This document shows positions 1 to 12,452 of a stretch of DNA of 64,000 nucleotides, one piece after another. The stretch's first letter is position 1; the number at the start of each line of letters is the position of its first letter. The stretch lies in the NCBI GenBank assembly GCA_053919585.1, contig CM132799.1. One strand, 5' to 3'. The notes under the pieces are model-generated. The model did no database searches and had not been told where the DNA came from. It saw nothing but the letters and a program-made list of their open reading frames with translations. Source of the DNA: Euprymna scolopes. Taxonomy: Eukaryota. The position numbers and the translations under genes are program-made.

Positions 1-109
1 TAGAGTGGACTGGACGCAAGTATAAGTAAAGCAACTAATCTCCAAGCAAACCTAAAAAAATAACACCAGTATTAATCCAATTGTCCTAGTGTTGGTTCCA
101 ATAAGGTAA

Positions 110-445
110 ATAATCATCATCATTATCATCATCATCATCATAGTCACAGTCATAGTCATCATCATCGTCATCATAAACATCAGCATGATAATCGTCATCA
201 TCATTGTCATCATAGTCATCGCCATCGTCATCATCGTCGTCGTAATCATCATCAACATCATCATTATCGTCGTCGTCGTCATCATCATCATAGTAATCAT
301 CATCGTCATCATCGTCGTCATCACCATCATCATCGTTATCGTCATCGTCATCGTCGTCGATGTCCTCATCATTATCAGCGCTTACCAACATCACCATCAG
401 CAGCAACAAAAGTAGCAACAGCAGCAGCAATAGCAGCAGCAACGT
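110..445. repeat. Compound trinucleotide microsatellite, (ATC/GTC)n followed by (CAG/CAA)n
   Basis: Directly visible; accounts for the poly-D, poly-M/T and poly-I ORFs at 52-481. Confidence 0.95.
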
Positions 446-1066
446 CGTCGCTGGTTTGCCTGAACAAGCTTCACCAACCACTTCCTCGCTTTTATTTTAG
501 ATAAAACCTACACACAACAATTCTTATCACATTGTTAAAAGCTTTTCTCCAAATCAACAAAAGCAGAAATCGATGCAAAGACAAGTATATGTACAATCAA
601 AAACTTCCAATGCAAAATATTGTTTCATATTAAAAAGTTAGACTCTAAAAATACTAACATTTCAAATCTAGAATTCGAGTGTCAAATTTTATTTTAATTG
701 AAACAAAGAAAATTAGACAAATACAAGATGAGCCTCCCAAATTAATGCCATCCATGAAATAGTTAATAAAATTTACAATTCTTCCTGCAGCCCAACCATT
801 TGGTACAGATAAAAATTGTAGTCTATGCCTGATTCTTGAACTAAGTTTTAATCATTAAACTTTATTTTCATATAAGCGGTATCGCTTGAAGAGGTCTCTA
901 GTTACTAGTAACTAACTGACTAAAACATGCTCATAACTGTATAGCGACATGTAACTGCTTATGTAAAAACAAATAAAAAGTATATCTTTTCCTACTTCAG
1001 TATTGAGCATTCTTATATTAACCTCGTTGAATTTCATTGATTATTTATCGGTAAAAATTACCTCCG

Positions 1067-1067
<1 letters not shown>

Positions 1068-1113
<46 letters not shown>

Positions 1114-1296
1114 ATTTTTTGTTTTGTTGTTTTTTTTTTTGCGATACGTCTTGAAGGAATTCAGTTATCTAAGAAAGTGCATTTTTACCTAAATGCGAGT
1201 TGGGAATAATTCTCCCTTTAACCAATTTGGTACCCCCACATGGGGAGCGGTATACATTATTTTTTTTTAAATATAATATAGTTATATTTTTAAAAG

Positions 1297-1340
<44 letters not shown>
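1068..1340. repeat. (TA)n/(TG)n dinucleotide microsatellites (1068-1112 and 1297-1340)
   Basis: Directly visible. Further (TA)n/(CA)n tracts lie near 29300, 42710, 43250, 49950, 50750 and 51515. Confidence 0.95.
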
Positions 1341-1344
<4 letters not shown>

Positions 1345-1369
1345 ACTTAGTGATGGGGTGATTCTAATA

Positions 1370-1500
1370 TTTTTACCGATTCTTATACAATTACCGATTC
1401 TATACTATATTCTTGATTTCGATACAATTATGGATTCCAATTCCGATTCAGTAGAAATTTCTAAATATTTTACTATAAAGTTGTTATTTTTTCCGATTAC
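1370..1500. repeat. Short subrepeats of the type ATTCCGATACAATTACCGATT; reverse-complement copy at ~56425-56495
   Basis: TACAATTACCGATT / TTCGATACAATTA / TTCCGATT here versus AATCGGTAATTGTATCGGAATCGGAA at ~56467; probably a subterminal repeat of a DNA transposon. Confidence 0.5.
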
Positions 1501-3176
1501 TGTAAAAATACATCTTAAATATGCTTATATTTTCTCAAACATAAGAAAAACTTACTTGTCGAGTTGATTTATAGACTTTAGCTTTACTGGTAGTTTAAAA
1601 TCAAGATGTTGTTTTATTTTATTATTACTACTAGCAGTGGAAGATTTTGTTTTAACAAATAAAAAGAAGATAATTAAGGGAATCGTTTGTGGTATCGGGA
1701 AATAGATACATATTTNNNNNNNNNNNNNNNNNNNNNNNNNNNNNNNNNNNNNNNNNNNNNNNNNNNNNNNNNNNNNNNNNNNNNNNNNNNNNNNNNNNNN
1801 NNNNNNNNNNNNNNNNNNNNNNNNNNNNNNNNNNNNNNNNNNNNNNNNNNNNNNNNNNNNNCATAAGAACGACTATGCCTAATTAAGTATATAACTAACC
1901 CTTACAAAGTTGAGTAGAACTGATGAATTAAAACCAATCGACCGGAATACAACAAAATCAACTCAATAGGAGGTAGTTAGATCATCTAGAGCTGAAGTAA
2001 ATGGAATTGGTGGTAGATGAGGTTAATACATTAATATAACATCATTTACATATGGTCAAATAAATCAAGACAATAACAAGCTGGAATTTCTTTGAACATA
2101 TGTAAATGGCCTTATATTAATTTCTTACTTTCATTTCTCTCCCACTTAATCTCTCTCCACATATGTGTGCGTGTGTGTTATATCCAATGATTCAAGCAAT
2201 CAAGCAAATCACATACATTACTCTCAATCGTTTTTATACATTTCATTTGATTCTTCAAACAGTGCCAGGTACTTAAACCAATGTCAATATAAGGAACAAT
2301 AAATTGGGCAGCCATGATGTTTTTGTAAATATAATGATTTGCAGTTTTATAGGTATTTATTTACACGTAAGTGCTGAAACATTTGATCAACAACACGAGG
2401 AGCGTTTTACGATTCTTTTGAACATTACTCTCTGCAATATTCAAATAAAGAAAATTAAAAAAAAACACACACACACACAAATAACCATCTACGCTTTATT
2501 TTAAATTGTCCAATAAAGAGAAATATGTCGTGATCACTTCACTTGCAGCGAATGGGGAAGCAAACAGGTCTTTTGTTTGTGACAACATCCAGTATACACA
2601 TTCAACGGCTGTTTAATATAGGAAAAGTGATCCACTTAAAAAAAAAGTGAAAACAAAAGTAAACGTCAAAGGCATTCTTGACTCAGTAATGAGGTTTACC
2701 GCTACTTGTGGCTAAACTTGAACTCCATGAAATCAATTAGCAACAGCATGAGACAAGCAATGAAAGCAATTCTCTACAGTCAAGTTATTTAAAGTTGGTT
2801 TTGATCATTGGGGCACCTGCACTCTCAACTCTGTTTTGTTCTTTCCCTTCATTATTGTAACCTTTTTTTATCACCCCTTTCCTCACTCTTTCTTATCAAG
2901 CACGAGTAAACATTTCTTCAGCTTGCTTAGAATTCAATCCCCAAAACCACATGTCCCGTTCTGTATATTGATACTCTATGGCTGATTGGAATAACTTCCG
3001 AACATTTAAACCAGATATACATCTGCACTTCGCGTTCAAAAAGAACGTATCCTCTATAGAAGCTGACCTGACTGAATGGTTTATTCTCGGTATATATAGC
3101 TTCATACTCTCCAAGAAATTTCAGCAAACGCCCAATAGCCAGCCGTGATGCACTCCAGAATCTGCCGCTACCGTTG

Positions 3177-4855
3177 TTGCATATGCAGAATAGGTAACAT
3201 GAATAGTTGTGCTTATGTATTATAGGTAAAATGAACATCTGTGCATATGCAGTACGGGTAACATATGACCATTCCTGCATATGAAGTACGGATAACATGA
3301 ATATTTTTGCATATGCAGTATGGGGAACGTGATTATTTGTGCATATACAGTATGGGTAACATGACATGTGTGCATGTGCAGTACGGATAACATATGAATA
3401 TTTCTGGATATGAAGTATGGGTAACATTATTTGTGCATATGCAGTATGAGGAACATATGAGCATATGCAGTATAGGTAACATGAATATTTGTGCATATAT
3501 AATATGGGTAATATATGAATATTTGCGCATATGCAGTATATGTAACATAAATATTTGTTCATTATGGATGATGTATGACCATTTGTGCATATGCAATATA
3601 AATATTTGTGCTTTTGTAGTATGTATAACATATTAACATTCGGGCATATGCATTATAGGTAACATATGAATATTTTTGCATATGCACTATGATATTATGG
3701 TCATCCATATGGAGTATGGGCAATATATGCACATTTCTGCATATAAATTATGAGTAACATATATGGGTAATATGTGAACATTGTGCATATGCAATATGTA
3801 TAACATAAACATTTGTGCATATGTAGTATGGGTTACGTGAATATTTGTGCATATGCCGTATGGATAACATATGAACACGTGTGCATATGCAGTATGATTA
3901 ACATATGTGTACACTATAGATAACATGAATATTTGTGCATATGGAGTAGTTGTAACATATGAAAATTTGTGCATATGATGTATAGGTTAAATGAATATTT
4001 GTGTATATTCACTAATGGTAACATGTATATTTGTGCATGTGCACTATGGGTAACCTGTATATTTAGGCATATGAAGTAACATGCAACATGTATATTTGTT
4101 CATATGTACTATGCATAACAGGAACATTTGTTCACATATAGTACGGGTAACGTGAATTTAAGTTCTTAAGGAATATGGGTAACATATGAACATTTCTGCA
4201 TATGTAATATGGATAAACTTAATATGTGTGCATATGCAGTATGGGTAACATGAATATTTGTGATTATGCACTATGCGTAACCTATGAATATTTCTGCATA
4301 TACAGTCTAGGTAACATATGAACATGTGTGCATATGCCCTATGGGAAACACATGTTAATATGCAGTATGGATAACATTAATATTTGAGTATATGCAGCAT
4401 TGCTAACAGATTAACATTTGTGCCTATGCAGTGTGGGTAACATGAATATTTGTGCTTATGCATTATGGATAAGATATGTACATTTGTGCATATGCACTAT
4501 GGGCTACCTGTAAATTTGGCATACGCAGTAACATGTAACATGTATATTTGTTCATATGCAGTATGGATAACATAGGGATATTTGAGCCTATGCAGTATAG
4601 GTAACAAGAACATTTGTGCATATGCAGTATGGGTTACGTGAATATGTGTTCTTAAGCAGTAAGGGTAACATATGAACATTTCGTCATATTCAGTATGGAT
4701 AACCTGCATATTTGCGCATATGCAGTATGGGTAACATGAATATTTGTGTATACGCACTATGGACAATATATGAACATTTGTGAATATGTGTAACTTGGAT
4801 GTTAGCGCATATGCACTACAGATAACATATTAATATTTCTTTATATGTAGTAACA
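3177..4855 (+). repeat. Satellite array A, 32-34 bp unit (TGCATATGCAGTATGGGTAACAT[AT]GAA[C/T]ATTTG), degenerate
   Basis: Tandem units visible throughout; both 34-bp and 32-bp variants occur. Confidence 0.95.
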
Positions 4856-4857
4856 TA

Positions 4858-5300
4858 CACTCATAAGCAAAAAAAAAAAAATGGGCCAAGAATGAAAGAA
4901 GGCAGAAATCGATTTTCAATATTTTTCCGTGAATTTTTGTTAATTTTAACTGAGAATTTATATTTGTCAGATCATTATTATTATATCATATAATAATAAG
5001 TGGAAAAGATGTATCCTAAATAAAGAAGGGCCGCATCTTGGCGGGGATATAAAAAACTGAATTGCAGGATTAAGGCAGTCCAAAATGATTTACAAGCAGA
5101 TGTTTGATATTTTAAGGAAAGAAAAACTGAAGACATCTCTTTCTGTAGTGAAGCAAATCGGTCAAAGGTTCGAAGTCGAATGCTTGGTAAAAGGGAAATC
5201 TGGATCTGGTCGCCCTAGAGCATTCACTTTAAAGGATGAATACAGGCTTAAATTAACTGTTTTGAAGAATTGAAAGAAAACTTATGTTGGCCATACTAAA
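4858..5300 (+). mobile_element. Tc1/mariner 5' fragment (left end plus N-terminal HTH of the transposase)
   Basis: Starts TA|CACTC at 4856-4862. ORF 5085-5273 contains the Tc1-type motif KGKSGSGRPRAFT between the HTH domains; truncated by the BEL LTR. Confidence 0.75.
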
Positions 5301-5424
5301 TTTCTCATTCTCCTTTTTTGTTGTCTATTCCTGAATTGTTTCAGTGTTTTACTTGATATACGTAACTTGTATATAACTACGAAGAATTATCTTTTACTGG
5401 AAAAAGTGGATAAAAATTTCTTCA
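5300..5424 (+). repeat. Truncated 5' LTR of the BEL element (3' ~120 bp only)
   Basis: CAGTGTTTTACTTGA(A)TATACGTAACTTGTAT...GTGGATAAAAATTTCTTCA is shared with 12368-12452. Confidence 0.85.
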
Positions 5425-5721
5425 CTCTGGCAAAAATTTGCACGCATAGAGTTCATAACTAGTTCATAAATTAGTATCTACACTCTGCTAAAATGGTCTA
5501 GGCTTTAATTGTGTAACCTCGGCTGCCTTTTCCTATTTGCTCAGCTAGACCCTCCCCTTCCTTCCTTCTTCTTCGCGTTGGCCATTTTGACGTTTTTGTT
5601 CATTTGATTTGGTGGGTATTTTGGCGCCAAATGGTTGTTGGTAGATCGCTCATCATGGGATGGGGAGTGGTTTATCTCTAAGACGTTGATACGTTAGACA
5701 GGGTGTGGTTTGGTATAGTAA

Positions 5722-8700
5722 AATGATTACCTCTCCCACCACCACAATGTTACTTGAAAAAGAAGAATAATTAGAGACAAAATCCTAACTGTGTTTGAAT
5801 TCTTAGACATATTATGTGAAATTAACGAAGCCGTCTATACCTTGTATAAAAAACAGATATACGAGTATACTGCTATAGTGGATTTGTTAGACAAGCAAAT
5901 TATTAATGAAAAATATTTGTCTAGTTGATCGAATAGACGATGAGGAGATTAGATCATTTAACAAGGATTGCGCTCTTCATCAGATAAAGGTTTTGGAAAA
6001 GTTGTCAAAACTCAAGCCTTACGGTAGAAGTGGGGGATACCGTTAATCACAAAACCTCTCCTGTTAAAGAAAAACGACTGGGGATAACGCCAAATATTGA
6101 ATGCCCTAATTTTAGTGAGAAAGATTTAGAGAATGATAAATTAGCATTCCTTAATTTTCAACGAGAATTTGAAAATTGCGTAGTGGATTTAAAAAATGAC
6201 GCCCTTAGGTTAGTCCTGCTGCTTTCAACTGGAAAGGCATCTCTCTATATCTGAAGAGAATTATTGAATAGCAACCGACATTCTTGCGTCTGAATTTCTG
6301 GATAAGGAGTATATTGTGGATTCGGCCCCCGATAAGCACAGTAACAACTTAGCGGAAAACGAGTTTTTTTTATTCCCATTAAGGCTCAGGTACACGAATT
6401 AAATAGTTGCTTTCGATTTTTTTGATTTTTTTTAAAGATAAACTCTCCTAGAAATAAGCTATTAAGCCACATTGTTTTTAATAAGCTGCCCACACTTTTT
6501 AGGTCGGAATTAATTCATAAGATAGGAAATGATTACCCTACACTAGACATACTAGACCACTGTTCAGAAATATTTCGAACTATTGAATTTTGTAAGAATA
6601 AGGAAACTTTCCCTCGGAAGTGGGTAAGTGTACCTAAGGAAGCATTTCCTTTTAGGTTTAAGGGTTCCATATCTAGTCTACTAAGAGTAGATTTAAATGT
6701 AATTTTTGTTGAACCAATAAGCAATAATCAAGTTTTTTTCTTCTCATACGGATCGGTTGAGAAGGTGTAAAGAGATTGGGTTATGTAGCAAGTACCCGAG
6801 CCCATCTCATGCAGAAATATCAAGTATTTGTAAGGGTAAAGAGTATGAAATGTGCTGGCTATGTAATAAAGGAGGCAACTGTAGGGTGCTATGTGCTTCC
6901 CTTGGGGGTGAATCGACAGCTTTTAATGCTTGTTGGCACTTGAACAGCTCGTCGCTGCTGCCTGTTATTGAGGTTGCTGTCAACAATGGATCTGGTGAAA
7001 GTGGATCTTTCAACTAGCAGTGAACGGTCCTATTTGTCTGGCAAAATGTTAAATGTATTTTCTAATATTAATACTCCCATAAGAGATCGCAAATTCATGA
7101 TTAAGACCTTTTTGGGAAAAGAGATTAAGCACTTGAAGGAAGTTAACCTTGGAGTGAGATTTTCATATTCTGCCATTCTGTGTCATTCTTGGTGGGTAAT
7201 AATATGGACCTTTCATTTCGTGTTGACGGATTGAATTCTGTGGTTGAGGACCTTAAGAAACAAGGGGTCAAATTGACGGCGAATTTATCGGAGTTGAGAG
7301 ATGACACGTTGCCTGTATATTGTCTATTTGGCGTAGATGTGCTTAGATTTTTGGGACCGATGAACTTAAAAGAGTTTAGAGAGGCTTTGTGTGGAAATTT
7401 CCCCAAGGAATGGTTTTATTTAGTGATGTAGCGGAGTTTGGGTCTCCTCCTATCATAGACCAAGCAAAACGGTCGGAGTTGAATTATGTTAAAGTCTTTG
7501 AAGAACATTCCGTGTGTGACCTTACGTATGTATATTTTGTGTTAAACCCCAAGTCTGTGTATACTGATATGTTCAGTTGTTTCGAAGAGTCTATGGTTGA
7601 AAGAACTGCGGAGAAACTGTTTAGTTTGAAAATTATCGGTATTGTCGAGGAAGAATTCAGTGACTTTGATAAAAATATGATATGATTGAGTCCTTTCGCT
7701 CCTCCATTCGCTTCCTGGACAGCAGTTACTATATCAGTTCGCCTTGGAATCAGGACAAATTGAAGACAGTACCTTCTAATAATCAGGTATCTTTGTCAGT
7801 CTTAAATCATGTATCGAAGAGGCTGACTGGCCATGGTTTAAACGAGTATTATTGTCAGGTCTTCTTAGACCAGGAAAAGGAAGGAATAATTGAAAGAATT
7901 GTAGTTACTCCTTCTGATTTTGTAACTATGTATGGATCCCTCATCGACCAATGCTCAACCAAGATTTACAATGTACCACCAAGATCAGACCGGTCTTCAA
8001 TTGTTTCCTTGTGAACTGGTGGAAAACCTTCTCTAAATGACTGTGTGTATTCTGGTGTTAATATATACACTGACATGCTGGAATTGCTTTTTCGGTTTCA
8101 TATAGACCAGTATGTTCTACTGGCCGATATATATAAAAGCCTTTCTGTTGGTTCGTTTTAATGGCAAATGTTACAAAAATAGATTCTGTTTCTTTTTAAG
8201 ATTCGGTGATGAGTTGATCTATTTTAGTTACAACACTCTAATATTTGGTGTTGTATCAAATCCGTTCATATTGAGCTACATGGCTCGATGTCATGTTGGG
8301 AAATGCCTTCCTGGTCCTTGCAGAGAGATGCGTTTGGGCTACTTGGTGAAAACTCATAATTCTGCTGGTTTTGATGCAGCTTTATTTGGAGGCTGCTTCT
8401 TTCATGGGGTGTTGAATTTTCTCTGGGGAATTGCTGCAGCAACAATGAAGTGCTTGCTAAGCGAATGTTGCAGGATAACAATTTATCCTCTTATGGTTCA
8501 GACACTGAGAAGGTGCTGGGATATTTGTATAGGCCCTCCACAGACAAAATGCGAGCAAGTTCTTGCATCGAAGGAAGATCCGTGTTCTCTAGGAGGGATA
8601 TTTTGTTTGTGAATTCCTCTGTGTTTTACCCCCTTGTCTTAACGCTCCCTGTTACTATAAAAGATAGGATCCTTCTTAGTAAATTATGTAGGTTAAAGAT

Positions 8701-11245
8701 ATCCTGGGACCAGCCGGTCCAACCTGATGTTATGGTTGACTGGGAGAGGTTGTATAAAGATTTGGTACATATTGGGGAGCTTGAATTCAACTGTTACTCC
8801 GTGACCACTTTGATAGCTTTGTGTGATGCCTCGAACCTGGTCTATGGAATCGCGGTATATTTACACCAGCATGGTGAAGCCAGACTGATATTTGCTAAAG
8901 CCATGGTTGTACCCTCTGTGTAGAAATCTTTACTCACCTTGGAGCTCTTAGCAGTGTATTTATGCACGAAGCATATTTCTATTTTGGTGAAAGTGGTTCC
9001 TTTGGAAATGCTTAAATCTCTGATTATCACTGTAGATTCACAGGTGGTATTGTCTTGGGTTTTATCTGACAATATCAATACAAAATGGCAATTCACTTGT
9101 AATTATTTAAAAGACATAAAAACGATGGTAAAAAATCTTTGTGATAAGGGTTTTACAGTGAAGTTTAAGTATGTGAAGACCGGAGACAATCCTGCTGATT
9201 TTGTCAAAAGAGGTATATCTTTGAACAAATTTAAAATGGTTTTTACGTGATTGTTGTTCGTGCCTGAATGGTTAAGAGAAGATAACTTAATCTGGCCTAG
9301 GGATTGTCTTCGTCCGACTAGTCAGCTGTTGATTAGCACAGTTACTGGTTGTGAACCTGTGATGCAAAATTATTATATAATCGAAGTAGAGAAGTTCTCT
9401 TCGCTGAATAAGCTCATTGGAGTTTGACTGTGGTTTTCTGATTTATATAAAAAACGAGAGCTATTGTTCTGGACTCTGGTAGTAAGGCAATATTGTACTT
9501 GCTCAGAATGACACAAGGACTGTTCCTTTCTAAGGAAAAGGATCATTTGTCTCGGCGGTGAAGCCCTCCACCTTTTGTTTCAAAATTTAATTTGTTTTGG
9601 GACACTGAAGAATTGATTCGCTCACAAGGTAGAATTGATAAATCTGCTTATTTTTCTGATGCCGTCCTTCATCCTATTCTGCTTCGCAAGTCTTGTCATG
9701 TTACAAGTTTAATAATCATGATTTGTCATGTCAAATATAAACATCTGGGAATTGCTGCTACTCTTAGAAAACTCAGAATTTTGGGATTTTGGATAGCCAA
9801 AGCGAGATAAGCTATTAAAACGGTAATATCTTGCTGTGTCATTTGCAGAAAATATAACTCTCTTTCCTTTAGATATCCCAAGGTTCCAAATTTTCCTAAG
9901 TACGTGTTAATCTAGTTAGGACCTTCTTGCATACTGGAATTGATTTTACTGGATATTTGTGGGTGTATGGGGGTGATGAAACATTTTAATCTTCATCTAT
10001 TTTAGTGTGCGAGCTATACACTTGGAACTGTTGCCTGATATGACCACTTAGTCCGTGGCTTTGGCATTTGTGAGATTTTTTAATTTTATGGAGTCCCTTC
10101 CCACATTTATTCAGATAAAATGAAATCCATTGTTGCGGGTTGCGATCTTGTCAAACAAGTTTATTTGTCTGACGAATTTAGAGGGACAGTGGATGCTCAT
10201 ATTATCAAACACCAAACGATACACTTGTATTCTGCTTAGTACGGCGTTGTGTGGGAAAAGATTCATTCGGGTTGTAAAAGATAGCCTTTTCAAGGTTATA
10301 GGACGTAAGAAGTTAAGTTATTTTCAACTTTTGACGGTTCTGTCAATGTAAAGTCGAGCAGAATGAAGGAAGAAAGCGACTACGTGTCTGCGCGTTTTGT
10401 CTTACCTGCTTGGAGGATCACAGGGAGGGCAGAAATTAAAAATGGCGGCTGTGGTTTTTGTAAGATTATTGAGCGATGATGTCACCCCTCACGTGACTAT
10501 TTTTCTGGCCGCCGATTGGCTGATGACGAACGCTTGGACAATAAAAGGAGTATGTTCAGAAGATCGAGGACAGTGTGTATCAACTGCATCAGTGTGATTA
10601 GAAGTTCGACGAGTGTGTTAATCAACTGCCGTAGTTGTGAAACGAATTCAGTCAAATATATAGGGACCTGTCGCCCATCAGCCCTTGACCTATCGTTGTT
10701 CTGATGATTCTAGTCTTGAGGTGATTACTCCAAATCCTTTGTGCATCCCTTCTATAAAAGTTATGTGCTTTTGTCTTTAGAAGATTGCTTTCAGGATCAC
10801 CCCCCCCCCTAGCAAGGAATATCTTATTTAGAGTCTGGGATAAAGGGATGAATTCATGAATCGTTTTAAAATGTTATGATATGAACAATATCTTTTGGAT
10901 CTGACTTTGAAAATATTATAAGGGTGGGAGCTGTCGTTTTGATAAAAAAAAATCTCATGAAGTAATGTCCATATTGGTCGTTGCGAAGGGTGGTTAACCT
11001 AACTTCTGGATCAGATGGCTTGGTTCGGTTTTGATCCAAAAAGATTGATGGCGACACTCAGGAACATTCCTTAAAAAATGTGTGTCTTTTAAAACTTTCC
11101 ATAACCCACTCACACCAAACTTCTAACGATGGAGTGGGCAATTCATTGAGCTCGAGAACTAGCCAGGACAAGGAAAATATTCGGTTAAGGCCTGTAAGGT
11201 CTGTTAAATCTTTAGATAACAGAAATCCAGAATACGTTTGGTATT
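5722..11245 (+). pseudogene. BEL/Pao gag-pol polyprotein, disrupted by many frameshifts and stops
   Basis: Gag ECPNFSEKDLENDKLAFLNFQREFENCV; Cys/His knuckles near 6770-6900; protease remnant LLPVIEVAV...TSSERSYLS; RT WIPHRP..KIRPVFNC..PSLNDC..LLADI/KAFL; Pao RNase H ALCDASNLVYGIAVY..LIFAKAMV..LELLAV..DNPADF; integrase HLGIAATL..CVICRKYN, HTGIDFTG, GVPSHIYSD, PLTY. Confidence 0.92.
10347..10680 (+). mobile_element. Solo-LTR-like insertion within the BEL integrase
   Basis: 334 bp with TG...CA ends and AATAAA at ~10540. It splits the integrase reading FQLLTVLS | PLTYRCSDDSSLEVITPN. No TSD seen. Confidence 0.6.
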
Positions 11246-11297
11246 AAATTGTTGTTCGAGGATTTTTCTTTTTCTCTTTTTTCTTTTTTAGGGAGAA

Positions 11298-12130
11298 TGG
11301 GGAAATTACTTCCACCATCTTTGTTTCTTTCTTTCATTCTATCTTTTGCTCTTTCTTTCCTTCCTCCCTTCCTGCCCCTTCCCTAGATTTCCTGCCTTTT
11401 CCCCTCTTTCTACGTCATGTGACTGTTGATTTGAAGGAACGTTTTTGTGCCAAATAGGAGACGCTTGAATTAATATCATCAGTTGCAGAACAAGACAACT
11501 TCAAGAAATATGTATCGAGTTACCAAGTACGTCTTTTTAAGGTCTGTTAAGAAAAAACGATATCTGCAGGATTATTGAAGATGATCTACAACTGTGTCCT
11601 AACAAGACATTAAAATTGTTGAATGAAAATATGGTAAAAAGGCGTGAACATTATAATTATCAAGAAAAAGATAAGTATGTATTAAATGAAGAAAATTCGT
11701 CCCTAGAAGATTTTTCTACGAAAACTGAAAAATCAAGATATTCTGCCGTCACATGAGATGTTAATCCTCGTGAAAGAAAGGCAATTGGAAAATTTTATTC
11801 GGTCGTCGTTTGCTCTTATGAACCAGGATTTGTTCATTTTGGATAATGTACTTTCGCAACCTCGTGAGGAGGCATGCAAGGACGTTGCAAAGGAAAATGA
11901 ACATTGAAACGTGTTTAAAAGAAAATGCGGATTACCTCTAAAAAGAAATACAACAAAAATATCTCCTAAGGAGGATATTGTAAAGTAAGAACTATTTTAA
12001 CAAGGATTCTGTATATAAAAGCGGACTGATATCTATACAAATAAGGACTTTGAATACTAATAAAAATGGAACTTTTATATTGTTTAAATTCGGATAAAAC
12101 CACCTGGCAGCTGCTTCCAGTGAGTGAACC

Positions 12131-12172
<42 letters not shown>

Positions 12173-12452
12173 ATCTATCTCTCTACGTTTTTCCCTTCAT
12201 ACACACCCTTCAACAGTTATTACTACAAGAAATCTTGCAAGCCAGATGAACATTTTTGGCAGCCCTATGAGGTCACAAACTTTCTTTTCTAACATTATAT
12301 CATTTCTTTCTTACATTATATATAACATTATTTAATAAATTAGATTTCTCCTTTTTTTTTTGTTGTTGCAGTGTTTTACTTGAATATACGTAACTTGTAT
12401 TTAGCTACGAAGAATTACCTTCTACTGGAAGAAGTGGATAAAAATTTCTTCA
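11298..12452 (+). repeat. 3' LTR of the BEL element (1155 bp, with an internal foreign-looking segment and (CT)n)
   Basis: Follows the PPT. Termini TGGGGAAATT...AATTTCTTCA form an 8/10 inverted repeat; AATAAA near 12334. Confidence 0.75.

Larger units (their letters stand above)
5300..12452 (+). mobile_element. BEL/Pao LTR retrotransposon, decayed, near full length
   Basis: Domain order gag - zinc knuckles - protease - RT - RNase H - integrase. Direct repeats 5300-5424 and ~12345-12452 both end AAAAATTTCTTCA. PPT AGGGAGAA at 11290-11297. Confidence 0.92.
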
